Positions 33,528 through 44,435 are shown, counted from the first letter of the stretch. The stretch is 64,000 nt of DNA from Desulfatiglandales bacterium (GCA_963667015.2 CAXXJJ010000004.1:3264001-3328000); one strand, 5' to 3'. The notes: generated by a model from the sequence alone, not told the origin. Program-made: numbers and translations.

Positions 33528-34334
33528 ATGACAAAAATTCATGCAACAGCAGTTATAACACCCGGCGCCGAGATATCCGAGGATGTCGAAATAGGACCAT
33601 TTACCGTAATTGGCGAACATGTCAGGATTGGCAAAAACACGAAGATCGGTGCTCATAGTATAATTGAGGGCAATACAGAGATTGGAGACAATAACAATAT
33701 CTCCCATTTTGTTACCATCGGAACTCCTCCCCAGGATATCGGGTATAAAGGGGAAGATACACGCGTAGTTATTGGCAGCAATAATACAATAAGAGAGTAC
33801 ACCACAATTCACAGGGCGACCACCAAACAGAACTGGGAAACGGTTATTGGAAACGATAATTATATAATGTGCTATTCACACATTGCCCATGACTGCGTTC
33901 TCGGCAGCAACATCATCATGGTCAATGCCGCAACCCTGGGTGGACACACGAATATCGGAGATCATGTTACTTTAAGTGCATTTATTGCCACTCATCAGTT
34001 TGTGAGGATCGGTGAATATGCATTTATAAGCGGAATTACAGGGCTTCCTCAGGATATTCCTCCCTATATGATGGCATCAGGACCACGGGCAAGTCTTTAT
34101 GGACTCAATCTTGTGGGCCTGCGGCGTAACGGATTTACGAGGGAAGCCATTACCGGTCTCAAAAAGGCTTACCGGATAATATGGCGTGAAAGCAGAACGT
34201 TAAAAAACGGCATAAAAAGGGTGACGGAAGAAATGGACTCATTCCCCGAACTCGAAGTCCTCATGGACTTTCTGGCTGCTGATTCTGCAAGGGGAATAAC
34301 CCGTGGAGCAAAATCAGAGGATGAAGATCAGTAA
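33528..34334 (+). CDS. lpxA: UDP-N-acetylglucosamine acyltransferase
   Basis: IHATAVI, PQD, IREYTTIHRAT, HIAHDC, GLNLVGLRR. Confidence 0.97.
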   Translation: MTKIHATAVITPGAEISEDVEIGPFTVIGEHVRIGKNTKIGAHSIIEGNTEIGDNNNISHFVTIGTPPQDIGYKGEDTRVVIGSNNTIREYTTIHRATTKQNWETVIGNDNYIMCYSHIAHDCVLGSNIIMVNAATLGGHTNIGDHVTLSAFIATHQFVRIGEYAFISGITGLPQDIPPYMMASGPRASLYGLNLVGLRRNGFTREAITGLKKAYRIIWRESRTLKNGIKRVTEEMDSFPELEVLMDFLAADSARGITRGAKSEDEDQ

Positions 34335-34337
34335 CCG

Positions 34338-35167
34338 ATGGCAGGAGAGATTGACAATATCGGTATTATAGCTGGCGGCGGCCAGTTTCCGATGATAGTA
34401 GCAGATGCTGCAAAAAAACAGGGAATGCATGTCACGGCTGTCGCCTTTGAAGGAGAGGCGGATAGGGAGCTTTCCAACCGGGTCGATGAAATAATATGGA
34501 TAAAGATCGGACAGCTTGGAAAACTGATAAAGGCCTTTAAGCAGAGAAATGTTGCCAGGGCCCTTATGGCCGGAACTATCAACAAGGGTAAAATGTTTGG
34601 AGACATTCATCCGGACCTGAAGGGCATTGCATTTTTATCAAAATTGCCATATTTCATGATGACAATATATTAAGAGCCCTTGCCAATGAACTTTTTGAGG
34701 AAGGCATTGAGATTGTCAGTTCAACCATTTATCTGCCTGAACTTTTAGCCCCTGAAGGGTGTCTTACAAAGAGAAAACCTGGCAGGGATGAAAAAAAGGA
34801 TATAGAAATCGGCTGGAAGGTAGCCAAGGAACTGGGAAGGCTGGATATTGGCCAGTGCGTTGTCATCAGGAACAAGACTATCCTTGCCCTTGAGGCAATC
34901 GATGGTACCAATGCCACGATACTTAGGGGCGGCAGGATCGCAGGCGAAAAGGCAGTTGTTGTCAAGGTCAGCAAGCCAGATCAGGATCTTCGGTTTGATG
35001 TCCCTTCAATAGGCCTTGAAACAATAAGGTCAATGATTGAGGTAAAGGCCGGGTTACTGGCTGTTGAAGCAGGGAAGACCCTTGTCTTTGACAGGGAAAA
35101 AATGATCAGTCTTGCCAATGAAAATAAAATATCGATTATCTCCTGTAATTTGCAGGACATTAAATAA
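34338..35167 (+). CDS. lpxI: UDP-2,3-diacylglucosamine diphosphatase LpxI, split by a single-base deletion near 34640
   Basis: IGIIAGGGQFP N-terminus; shifted frame continues HDDNILRALANE...LDIGQCVV...ALEAIDGT...QDLRFDVPSIG to stop at 35165-35167. Confidence 0.9.
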
Positions 35168-35194
35168 ATTAAACAGGAATAAGGTTTAAAAAAA

Positions 35195-36172
35195 ATGATC
35201 AAAAAGGATGAAAAAGTAAGGGTTTGTGTAATTGGCGTTGGCCAGATGGGTGAAAAACATGTTGAGAAATATTCCAGTAACTCCAGTGTAGAGCTTGTAG
35301 GGGTATCTGATTTAAATATTGAAAGAGCAAGGGAAATAGGCGAAAAATATAATGTTAAGGTATTTGAAAATCATATGGACCTTCTGCCCCAGGTTGATGC
35401 GGCAAGCCTGGCGGTCACAACTGAAAAACATTTTGATGTGGCAATAGACATATTAAATTCGGGCGTGAACATGCTCATAGAAAAGCCCATAACCTACGAC
35501 CTTGAAAGCGCTGACGCACTCCTTAATAAAGCCGAAGAAAAAAACCTGATCCTGCATGTGGGCCTGGTAGAACGTTTTAACCCGGCAGTAGTCAGAATCT
35601 CAGACTACCTGAACAACCCGCTCTTTATAGAAACACACCGGATGAATAAATTCACCGAAAGGGGAACAGATGTTGATGTTGTTCTTGACCTGATGATTCA
35701 TGATCTTGATATTGTTCTCAATCTGGTTCCATCTGAAGTCAAGGAAATACACTCCATAGGAATGTGCGTTATTACCGATAAAACAGATATTGCCAATGTC
35801 AGGATTATCTTTGAAAACGGTACAGTGGCAAATCTCACCGCCAGTAGAATAGCTGAAAAAACCCTCAGAAAGATCCGTGTCTTCCAGCCCGATGCATATA
35901 TCCATGCCAACTGTTACAGAAAGGAATTCAGTATCACCCGTTTAAATGAAGGTGCTGAAGACAGGATTAATCTTGCAAAACTGAAAACAGAAAATGTAAA
36001 ATTTGAAAACAGCGATCCACTGGCCGATCAGATCAACCATTTCGTGGCAGAGGTACGCAAGGGGAAACAGCCTGACTCCACAGAAAGGGATGAAAGAAAG
36101 GCCCTCAAGATTGCACTCTATGTAATTGAGCAGATACATAAGGAATGCAGGACATTCCTTCCCGTTAACTAA
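35195..36172 (+). CDS. Gfo/Idh/MocA oxidoreductase (GnnA-like)
   Basis: IGVGQMG, LIEKPI, ERFNPA, DLMIHDLD; between lpxI and lpxB. Confidence 0.88.
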   Translation: MIKKDEKVRVCVIGVGQMGEKHVEKYSSNSSVELVGVSDLNIERAREIGEKYNVKVFENHMDLLPQVDAASLAVTTEKHFDVAIDILNSGVNMLIEKPITYDLESADALLNKAEEKNLILHVGLVERFNPAVVRISDYLNNPLFIETHRMNKFTERGTDVDVVLDLMIHDLDIVLNLVPSEVKEIHSIGMCVITDKTDIANVRIIFENGTVANLTASRIAEKTLRKIRVFQPDAYIHANCYRKEFSITRLNEGAEDRINLAKLKTENVKFENSDPLADQINHFVAEVRKGKQPDSTERDERKALKIALYVIEQIHKECRTFLPVN

Positions 36173-36199
36173 AACTGTTTGCTTTTACATAAGGCAGCC

Positions 36200-37363
36200 G
36201 TGACAAAATACAGCTCAAAACATGTACTTATCGTAGCAGGAGAGGCCTCGGGAGACCTACACGGGGCCAATCTGGTAAAGGCCATGAAAGAACTGGACCG
36301 TGATATCCTGTTCCAGGGCATTGGCGGCGATAAAATGGTCCTGGCCGGTGTCGATATTATTGAGCATTCTTCTCAGATGGCGGTTGTCGGGCTCACAGAG
36401 GTACTTTCCAGGTCAAACATTATCCTCAAATCCTACTTCAAACTGCGCTCTATTCTTAAAAATGAACGGCCTGACCTCCTTATATTGATTGATTATCCCG
36501 GCTTCAACATCAGCCTGGCAGGTGCTGCAAAAAAATTTGGAGTTCCTGTACTTTACTACATCAGTCCCCAGCTCTGGGCATGGAGGAGCGGCAGGGCAAA
36601 AAAGATATCCGATCGGGTAGACAGAATGGCAGTAATACTTCCCTTTGAAAAGGATTTTTACCTTGAAATGGGGACAGATATGCCGGTTGATTATGTGGGC
36701 CACCCCCTGATGGACCAGGTTCCAGGGAATCTTAAAGAGGATAAAATAAAAAGTGAATTCGGGATTAACAGCGGCGATACAGTTATTGGTCTTCTGCCCG
36801 GAAGCAGGAATGAGGAGATAAAAAAACTATTACCGGATATGCTCGGTGCAGCAGAGATAATATCCTCCAGGATGGAAAATCTAAAATGCATTCTTCCTGT
36901 AGCCCCTACTATTTCAGAGGACCTAATAGAAAAAATAACAGAAACTTCACCACTGACTGTTATAACAACCGGTAAAGGCGTTTACCCGGTCCTTAAGATT
37001 TCTGATCTTGCATTTGTCGCCTCGGGTACAGCTACCCTGGAAACAGCTATTATGGGTGTTCCCATGATTATCACATACCGTACTTCACCCATTACATTCA
37101 GCATCGCGAAACGGGTAGTAAAGGTGCCCTATGTGGGGCTTGTAAATCTGGTAGCAGGGGAAGAAGTGGCCCCTGAGCTTTTGCAGAAAGAAGTTGCTCC
37201 TCAAATCATTGCTGACAGGGCACTGGAGATTCTTGATGATATTGATAAAAAAACAGCTATCAGGGAAAAACTTGAGAAGGTCAGAATCAGCCTCGGAGAA
37301 CCTGGCGCCTCGGTAAGGACAGCAGCTATAGCCTTTCAAATGATGAAGGTAAGCACAGGATAA
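36200..37363 (+). CDS. lpxB: Lipid-A-disaccharide synthase
   Basis: AGEASGDLHG, IDYPGFN, SPQLWAWR, VGHPL, LLPGSR, SGTATLE. Confidence 0.97.
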   Translation: MTKYSSKHVLIVAGEASGDLHGANLVKAMKELDRDILFQGIGGDKMVLAGVDIIEHSSQMAVVGLTEVLSRSNIILKSYFKLRSILKNERPDLLILIDYPGFNISLAGAAKKFGVPVLYYISPQLWAWRSGRAKKISDRVDRMAVILPFEKDFYLEMGTDMPVDYVGHPLMDQVPGNLKEDKIKSEFGINSGDTVIGLLPGSRNEEIKKLLPDMLGAAEIISSRMENLKCILPVAPTISEDLIEKITETSPLTVITTGKGVYPVLKISDLAFVASGTATLETAIMGVPMIITYRTSPITFSIAKRVVKVPYVGLVNLVAGEEVAPELLQKEVAPQIIADRALEILDDIDKKTAIREKLEKVRISLGEPGASVRTAAIAFQMMKVSTG

Positions 37364-37387
37364 AAGTACGGTTTACAGGATATCTGA

Positions 37388-38773
37388 ATGGCCAGATCGA
37401 TTTTAGTAATAGATGACGAAAAAAGCATCCTTAAGACCATCGAGGGTATACTCACTGATGAGGGATTTGAAGTCCATTGTGAACTGAGTGCGGTCTCTGC
37501 CCTGAAACAAATCGATGAAATGATGCCGGATCTTGTCATTCTTGATATCTGGATGCCCGATATGAACGGGATCGATGCCCTTGTAAAGATCAAACAGGAT
37601 TACCCTTATATCCAGGTCATAATGATGTCAGGTCACGCTGACGTTGAAACCGCTGTCAAGGCAACCAAACTGGGGGCCTATGATTTTATTGAAAAACCCC
37701 TCACTATCGAAGAGCTGCTGCTGGCCGTAAATAATGCCCTTAACTTTTACCAGCTGGAAGAAGAGATTGGTATCCTCAGGGAAAGGGATAAAAACAGATA
37801 TCATATAACCGGCAACAGTGAAGCGGTCAAAAAGCTGAAGGAGAGCATAGAGAAGGTTGCTCCGACAAATGCCTCGATCCTTATTATGGGTGAAAACGGG
37901 ACAGGAAAGGAGCTGGTCGCCCATTCGATTCACAGGCTTAGTACAAGAAGTCACAAGCCCATGATCGAAGTTAACTGCGCTGCTATTCCCGAAGAGCTGA
38001 TTGAAAGTGAACTCTTTGGTCATGAAAAAGGGGCATTTACTGGTGCAGGGGCAAAAAAAAAGGGGAAATTTGACATTGCCCATGAAGGCACTCTCTTTCT
38101 TGATGAAATAGGTGATATGAGCCTCAAGGCCCAGTCAAAAACATTGAGGATTTTACAGGAACAGAAGTTTGAGCGGGTCGGTGGAGCAAGGACTATTCAT
38201 GTGAATGTCAGAATAATCTCGGCTACGAACAAGGATCTGATGCATGAGATAGAGGAAGGTAATTTCAGGGAAGACCTTTTTTACAGGCTTAATGTAGTGC
38301 CTATTTCTGTGCCTCCACTCAGAGAAAGAACCGAGGATATTCCTGAACTTATATCAACCTTTATGAACCAGAGATCCCTCACTGCAGACCAGGGCAAAAA
38401 ACAGTTTTCGGACGAGGCCCTTGAGCTGTTAAAACTGTATAACTGGCCGGGGAATGTGAGAGAGTTGAAAAATCTGGTAGAAAACCTTATAATCATGTCA
38501 AGTGACAATGTGATAAAAATTGATGATATCCCGGCACCATATAATAATTTGTCGACTAAAAAAGAAGAATATGATAATACATTTCTGGATATAGACAGTT
38601 ACAAGGATGCGAGGATTATCTTCGAAAAGGCTTTTATCTCTGCAAAGCTTAAGAAATTCAAGGGTAATATCTCACAGACCGCGGAAGCAATAGGTGTTGA
38701 GAGAAGCAATCTTCATAAGAAGATCAAGGCCTATGGCCTGGAGGATTTCAGAACGGGAAAAGACGGGTTATAA
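37388..38773 (+). CDS. Sigma54-interaction response regulator (NtrX-like)
   Basis: Receiver LDIWMPD, GENGTGKE, GAFTGA, C-terminal HTH ERSNLHKK. Confidence 0.92.
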   Translation: MARSILVIDDEKSILKTIEGILTDEGFEVHCELSAVSALKQIDEMMPDLVILDIWMPDMNGIDALVKIKQDYPYIQVIMMSGHADVETAVKATKLGAYDFIEKPLTIEELLLAVNNALNFYQLEEEIGILRERDKNRYHITGNSEAVKKLKESIEKVAPTNASILIMGENGTGKELVAHSIHRLSTRSHKPMIEVNCAAIPEELIESELFGHEKGAFTGAGAKKKGKFDIAHEGTLFLDEIGDMSLKAQSKTLRILQEQKFERVGGARTIHVNVRIISATNKDLMHEIEEGNFREDLFYRLNVVPISVPPLRERTEDIPELISTFMNQRSLTADQGKKQFSDEALELLKLYNWPGNVRELKNLVENLIIMSSDNVIKIDDIPAPYNNLSTKKEEYDNTFLDIDSYKDARIIFEKAFISAKLKKFKGNISQTAEAIGVERSNLHKKIKAYGLEDFRTGKDGL

Positions 38774-38818
38774 ATCCGTTTCGATTATATACATTGATCA
38801 AGAAAAGAGGAAAATATT

Positions 38819-39232
38819 ATGGGAAGATTATCACTCGGAATAAAGAAAAAATCAGATGAAATAGAACTCAATATGTCTCCGCTTATTGATATGATATTCA
38901 TATTACTGATCTTTTTTCTGGTTACCACAACATTCGTAAAGGAATCCGGTGTTGACGTTAACCGACCGGTTGAGTCACAGAAAAAATCAACCGAGGAAAT
39001 ACCGAACATGATTATAAATGTTACAAGAGACGGAATGGTGTTTGTTGATAACCAGGCGATTGATATCCGGTCCGTAAGATCCAGAATGGAGCGTTTTAAG
39101 TATGAAAATCCCGATGGAAATGTAATTATAACATCCGATAAGCAAAGCCGGTTTGGTATTTCGGTCGAAGTTCTTGATCAGGTAAGGCTGGCAGGGATAA
39201 CAAATGTGGTTGTAGCCTCATCGGCCGAATAA
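38819..39232 (+). CDS. exbD: Biopolymer transport protein ExbD/TolR
   Basis: LNMSPLIDMIFILLIFFLVTT. Confidence 0.9.
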   Translation: MGRLSLGIKKKSDEIELNMSPLIDMIFILLIFFLVTTTFVKESGVDVNRPVESQKKSTEEIPNMIINVTRDGMVFVDNQAIDIRSVRSRMERFKYENPDGNVIITSDKQSRFGISVEVLDQVRLAGITNVVVASSAE

Positions 39233-39281
39233 TTATGGGAGAGGTATAAAGCGGGGTTCTGTGAATAATAGACATTCAATA

Positions 39282-39857
39282 TCATAGAAAACTGTCTATC
39301 CTCTTCCAGATTTCATCCCTGCCCTCTCTTGTCTGGGCGGAAAATAATACAGGCTTTTCATCCGATAACCGGCTGAATGTACTGTCAAGTGCCTTCAGCC
39401 TTGCCTGCATTTCCTTTCGGTTAAGTTTATCCACCTTGGTAAATACAGGAATAAGCCCTTTATTGTATTCGGCAAGCCAGTTTATCAGGTTAATGTCATC
39501 ATCGGATATATTCCGCCTTATATCCATGATAACAACAACCGCCTTCAGATTATCACGGTATTTCAGATAGGACTCTACCATCTTGCCCCATGATGCCTTT
39601 ACTTTAAGAGGCACCCTTGCAAAACCGTATCCCGGCAGATCAACAAGACAGAGCCGGTCCTCTCCCACATTGAAAAAATTCAGGGCCTGGGTTCTTCCGG
39701 GCGTTGAGCTGGTTCTGGCCAGTTTTTTTCTGTTAACAAGGACATTAATAAGAGAGGATTTTCCCACATTTGATTTTCCTGCAAAGGCGATCTCCGGCCT
39801 GTCAGGAGGCGGGTAGTGACTCACATTAAAGGCGCTTTTTATAAATGATACATCCAT
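39282..39857 (-). CDS. engB: Ribosome biogenesis GTPase YihA/EngB
   Basis: GKSNVGKSS, STPGRT, DLPGYG, TKVDK. Confidence 0.95.
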   Translation of the reverse strand: MDVSFIKSAFNVSHYPPPDRPEIAFAGKSNVGKSSLINVLVNRKKLARTSSTPGRTQALNFFNVGEDRLCLVDLPGYGFARVPLKVKASWGKMVESYLKYRDNLKAVVVIMDIRRNISDDDINLINWLAEYNKGLIPVFTKVDKLNRKEMQARLKALDSTFSRLSDEKPVLFSAQTREGRDEIWKRIDSFL

Positions 39858-41003
39858 CTATCTTTCCTTCAGATATTGCTCGACCCTGTCAAGACCTTCA
39901 GCGATATTTTCAATTGAGTTGGCGTATGAGAACCTTAGATAGCCTTCCCCGTTTTCACCAAAGTCAATGCCCGGTGTAATACCGACACCTGCCTTTTCGA
40001 GGATCTCAAATGACAGTTTATATGATTTTTCGGAAATATGCTTTGCATTTACAAACACATAAAATGCACCTCTGGGTTCAACAGGCAGATTAAATCCCAT
40101 TTTTTTTAATCTTTCTATCATGTAGATACGTCTTTCATTATAAACAGATCGCATCTTTTCAATATCATCATCTGCTTTTGTAAGTGCAGCTATCCCGGCC
40201 CACTGTGCAATACTGCTTGCTGAGATATAAAAATTCTGCTGGATCTTCTGTATAGGCCGTATGAATTCAGGAGGAGCTATCATGTACCCAAGCCGCCAGC
40301 CGGTCATTGCATGAAGCTTTGAAAATCCGTTAACAACAAATGCCCTGTCGGTATATTCCAGGATGCTGTGTTCCGCTTCTCCATAAACCAGCCCGTGATA
40401 GATCTCGTCTGATATTACATATGGTCCCAGCTCCGCTATCCCGGCCATTCTCTCAGGAGAAAGCAGGTTCCCCGTCGGGTTTGAAGGGCTGTTTATTAAA
40501 ATAGCCTGTGTTTTTGGGGTAATCTTTTTTCCTATTTCTGAAGGCCGGTACTGGAAGCCGTCCTCTTCAAAGACATCCACAAAACTCGGGACAGCCTTAA
40601 GAAAATGGGCAAAATTAGGATAACAGGGGTAATGAGGATTTGAGAGTATAATCTCATCCCCCGGTTCAAGTACTGCCGAATAGATCATAAACAGTGCCGG
40701 AGATGTCCCGGACGTGACCATCACCCTGTCAGGCGTTATTTTGACACCGTATTTATCAAGGTAATGTTCGCAGACTGTCTCCCTCAACTCGAGGAGACCG
40801 AGACTATGTGTGTAGTGTGTTTCTTCCCTTTTTATTGCATCGATTGCGGCTTCGGATATAGGTGAAGGGGTAGGAAAATCAGGCTCCCCAACCTCCAGGT
40901 GGATAATATCCCTGCCCTCTTTTTCAAGCTCCTGGGCACGCTCAAGTACGTCCATTACAATAAATGATGTTATATCTCTAGAGCGACTTGATACTGGAGT
41001 CAT
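39858..41003 (-). CDS. PLP-dependent aminotransferase class I/II
   Basis: GEPDF, NSPSNPTG, SDEIY, GFSKLHAMTGWRLG. Confidence 0.93.
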   Translation of the reverse strand: MTPVSSRSRDITSFIVMDVLERAQELEKEGRDIIHLEVGEPDFPTPSPISEAAIDAIKREETHYTHSLGLLELRETVCEHYLDKYGVKITPDRVMVTSGTSPALFMIYSAVLEPGDEIILSNPHYPCYPNFAHFLKAVPSFVDVFEEDGFQYRPSEIGKKITPKTQAILINSPSNPTGNLLSPERMAGIAELGPYVISDEIYHGLVYGEAEHSILEYTDRAFVVNGFSKLHAMTGWRLGYMIAPPEFIRPIQKIQQNFYISASSIAQWAGIAALTKADDDIEKMRSVYNERRIYMIERLKKMGFNLPVEPRGAFYVFVNAKHISEKSYKLSFEILEKAGVGITPGIDFGENGEGYLRFSYANSIENIAEGLDRVEQYLKER

Positions 41004-41023
41004 GGAAAGCCTGTTATGTGTTT

Positions 41024-41896
41024 CTAGATTACCTTGTTTAAGGGATATTCAATTATGCCCTCGGCCCCTGCCTTGATAAGTTCGGGAATAAGCTCCCTCA
41101 CAACCTTTTCCTCCACCACGGTTTCAACAGAGGTCCATGTGGATTTATAAAGATGTGCCACAGTGGGTGCATTAAGGCTTGGCAAGAGATCGATGACCTT
41201 ATCCAGGTTTTTTTCGGACACGTTCATCTTTATACCTACCATGTTTTCAGCCCGGAGAGCCCCTTTAAGAAGAAGTATTATCTGGCCGATCTTTTCCTTC
41301 TTCCATTCATCCCTGTAGGATTCTTTGTTTGCAATGAGCTGGGTGTTTGACTGCATCAGCTCATAGATGATTTTTAAACCATGTGCCCTTATAGTGCTCC
41401 CTGTTTCCGTTACCTCAACAATGGCATCTGCCAGACCTGACACGACCTTTCCCTCGGTTGCACCCCAGGAAAACTCCACCTGAACATCAATATTTTTTTC
41501 GGCAAAATATCTCTTTGTGAAGTTCACAAGTTCGGTTGCTATTTTTTTACCCTGAAGATCCTTCAGCTCCTTTATTTCCGAGTCATTGGGTACTGCCAAA
41601 ACCCATCTGGCCGGATTCTGGCTTACCTTGCTGTAGAGCAAATCATCAACAACTACCACATCCGATTCATTCTCTCTTGTCCAGTCAAGGCCTGTAAGGC
41701 CGGCATCGATTGTCCCGTTTTCCACATACCTGGACATCTCCTGCGCGCGGCATATCGTACATTCGATTGTATCGTCATTAATGTCAGGGAAATAGCTCCT
41801 GCCATTGACATTGATCCGCCAGCCTGATTTTTCAAACAAAGCTATTGTAGAATTCTGAAGGCTCCCCTTGGGGATACCCAGTTTTAATTTTTTCAT
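41024..41896 (-). CDS. hisG: ATP phosphoribosyltransferase (long form)
   Basis: [27 protein letters not shown]-terminal regulatory domain. Confidence 0.96.
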   Translation of the reverse strand: MKKLKLGIPKGSLQNSTIALFEKSGWRINVNGRSYFPDINDDTIECTICRAQEMSRYVENGTIDAGLTGLDWTRENESDVVVVDDLLYSKVSQNPARWVLAVPNDSEIKELKDLQGKKIATELVNFTKRYFAEKNIDVQVEFSWGATEGKVVSGLADAIVEVTETGSTIRAHGLKIIYELMQSNTQLIANKESYRDEWKKEKIGQIILLLKGALRAENMVGIKMNVSEKNLDKVIDLLPSLNAPTVAHLYKSTWTSVETVVEEKVVRELIPELIKAGAEGIIEYPLNKVI

Positions 41897-41943
41897 TTTG
41901 ATTTACCTCATATTCATCCAAAAGCTGAGGCCTTTGGATGGTA

Positions 41944-42348
41944 TTATTTCTTTCCGTAAACTTCTTCGGGATCGAATATCTGTTCACCAACAATGGTAAC
42001 TTCACCATTGAAATCCACCTTTTGATAAAAGCAGGTTTCACGGCCGGTATGACATGCGGCGCCGCCGACCTGTTCGACCTTGAACACGACAGTATCATTA
42101 TCACAGTCAGCGTAAATTTCTTTTATCTTCTGAACGTTACCCGAGGTTCCGCCCTTGTGCCAGAGTTCGCTTCTGGATCTGCTGTAATAATGTACTTCAC
42201 CTGTTTCAAGGCTCTTTTCCCAGGATTCCTGGTTTATATACGCAAGCATAAGTATTTTACCTGTTTTATCGTCCTGGGCAATAGCCGGCAGCAATCCGTT
42301 TCCTTTTGTAAAATCAAGTTTAATCATCTGCTTATTTTTACCTTTCAT
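41944..42348 (-). CDS. hisI: Phosphoribosyl-AMP cyclohydrolase
   Basis: YSRSRSELWHKGGTSG, DCDND, ACHTGRETCF; start 42348 or 42327. Confidence 0.95.
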   Translation of the reverse strand: MKGKNKQMIKLDFTKGNGLLPAIAQDDKTGKILMLAYINQESWEKSLETGEVHYYSRSRSELWHKGGTSGNVQKIKEIYADCDNDTVVFKVEQVGGAACHTGRETCFYQKVDFNGEVTIVGEQIFDPEEVYGKK

Positions 42349-42479
42349 GATTATTCCTGTTAACACATAAATGATTCTCGTATGCCTGCAGGCAGCAGGC
42401 CACACAGGGTCTGTTAACAAGTTGCGTAACATAACATATTGAAATTTAAAAGCAAGTTAAAATTGGGTTAGACCCAACC

Positions 42480-42514
42480 AGACCTTAAACCCTGAACCTC
42501 AAACCATAAACCTG
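42480..42514. repeat. Five degenerate heptamer tandem repeats
   Basis: AGACCTT AAACCCT GAACCTC AAACCAT AAACCTG. Confidence 0.6.
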
Positions 42515-42518
42515 TATT

Positions 42519-43316
42519 TCAGCTGTGTCTCCGCGCAACCTTGTCAAACATGGTAACAAGTCCTGTTCCAAGTGAATAGACCGATTCCACTGCTAAATTG
42601 TCACTCGCTGTCCTGTCAAAAAACAGATTGAGGCTTGATTCCAATCCGTCTTCAGGCCTCCAGTAGCAGATAAGTATCGGTACTTTGGGCAGGGGATGAA
42701 GCACAAGGGAGATATCAGATTCATAATGGTTTTGGGTACGTTTGCCGTTGAAAATATGAAGCATATCCTCAAACAGGTCGGTATATGAATCTGCAATCTT
42801 TTTAAGGGGTTTCTCACACTGGTGCACAAAAAAGCTATACCAGTCCTGGGCACTTTCAAGCTCTCTGAATGAAATCCATTCACCGGCCGGATCTTTCCCT
42901 TTTCCATAGATTATATAATTGAGCATTGGAATGGTAATCCATGTATGTATATGAATCTCCGAATAAAAATTCCCCTGTCTGTCGACACTGAAATCCTTTC
43001 CGCATACCTTTAAGGTAAGCCTGTCACCTGAATATTTTGCATCGAGTCTTGCAGCGGCCTCCTCAAAATCAACTTCTTTCAACTTTTTTCTGAGATCTTC
43101 CAGGGGTTCAGTTACATCCTGTGCAGGTACAGTTTTACTTCCTTCAAAAACATACTCATCAATTACTGATTGATCCAGGTGAGTGCACCTATCAAGGCTT
43201 TTCTGTCCCTTGAATACGGAAGCAGCAAAGGCGAGACAAGTGGGTAATCCGCATTCACGACAGTTGGATTTATCAAGAAGCTTAAGAATATCTATTGTAT
43301 TGTTCAGTTGGGGCAT
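42519..43316 (-). CDS. Fe-S domain + DUF3786 protein
   Basis: SNCRECGLPTCLAFA...C four-Cys motif; C-terminal LPKVPILICYW...LFFD pattern. Confidence 0.8.
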   Translation of the reverse strand: MPQLNNTIDILKLLDKSNCRECGLPTCLAFAASVFKGQKSLDRCTHLDQSVIDEYVFEGSKTVPAQDVTEPLEDLRKKLKEVDFEEAAARLDAKYSGDRLTLKVCGKDFSVDRQGNFYSEIHIHTWITIPMLNYIIYGKGKDPAGEWISFRELESAQDWYSFFVHQCEKPLKKIADSYTDLFEDMLHIFNGKRTQNHYESDISLVLHPLPKVPILICYWRPEDGLESSLNLFFDRTASDNLAVESVYSLGTGLVTMFDKVARRHS

Positions 43317-43661
43317 GTGATCTATCCTTTTTTCATTTTTCCATATAAACCGCTATAACTGAAATAATCGATACATCCTTTCACATAATTTTAATATGAA
43401 AACATAGTGCATCCTGAAAAAACCTGCAAGTCTATAAATTTCAGTTTTTAAAGATATAGCCGGCGTATGAAAGAAAATTAGAGATTTTTAAACATAAATT
43501 TAGAATAACCGACCAAATTATGACTTTTATGCAATATTCTTGAACAAAATAAATTATTATTGCTATTCAAGGCCTGTTTCGCTTGCTTTGTTTTATCTTT
43601 TACTGATAAAACACCACAATCGTAGTGACTTTATTGCAATACAGCTTTAACAGGAGGAAAA

Positions 43662-44435
43662 ATGGAAAAAAGAATTATTTTTATACTTTTGTGTCTTGTG
43701 TGTTTTGGTATCCAGGGATGTGTATCAGTTTCGACATATAAAATTGTCCCTGAGATTCTGGATGGGCAGAAAAAATTGGACCGTGATGGCATTGATGCCG
43801 TTATATCTCATACAAAAACGGTAAGTGTATTTATTCGCCCCATGTCTGAAAGTTATGCGGCAGAAGATAATCCAGCCATTGTGATCGGTGTATCCGGAGA
43901 CAAGGTACTCAGCCTTTCACCTGAGAATGTCCTGGCCTATGTAGACGGTAAGCCTCATGACATCCTCGACCATGATCAATTGCTGGCTGATATTAAATAC
44001 AGGCATGACGCAGCAGTTGATTCATTAAAGACTCAATATAATACGCGTTCCAAGCAACTTGCAGACACAAGTCTGAAAGATACAAGTGACCCGGCGGTTT
44101 TTGAACCAAATGAGAGCCAGAGAAATACCATTGGCAGCACTGAAAAGTATGGGTATAAACTCGATAAGAAAGGTATGAGCCAGGGGTTGGCTGATGCGGA
44201 AAAGCAAATGCAGGCAGGTATAGAGGCTCTTGAACGAAAGACAACAGAAGAGATAAAGCTCCTCAATTCAACCTTTTTGTTGAGGGATACAACAGTTGAA
44301 CCCAGTACATGGTATAGAGGTCAGATAAAACTTGCAAAAATTCCGGATGCAGGTAAACCTCATACGATAAAACTTGTGATCACATTGGCGGGAGAAGAGC
44401 ATCAATTCTCGGTCAAAGCCTCCGCTGAAAACTAA
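43662..44435 (+). CDS. Hypothetical lipoprotein
   Basis: AGGAGG RBS, lipobox-like IQGC after a hydrophobic stretch. Confidence 0.7.
   Translation: MEKRIIFILLCLVCFGIQGCVSVSTYKIVPEILDGQKKLDRDGIDAVISHTKTVSVFIRPMSESYAAEDNPAIVIGVSGDKVLSLSPENVLAYVDGKPHDILDHDQLLADIKYRHDAAVDSLKTQYNTRSKQLADTSLKDTSDPAVFEPNESQRNTIGSTEKYGYKLDKKGMSQGLADAEKQMQAGIEALERKTTEEIKLLNSTFLLRDTTVEPSTWYRGQIKLAKIPDAGKPHTIKLVITLAGEEHQFSVKASAEN

Noticed and set aside
39858..41003. Aminotransferase as GnnB or HisC
   Set aside because: Motifs fit generic class I/II (AspC-like), not the DegT family; no specific HisC evidence beyond proximity to his genes
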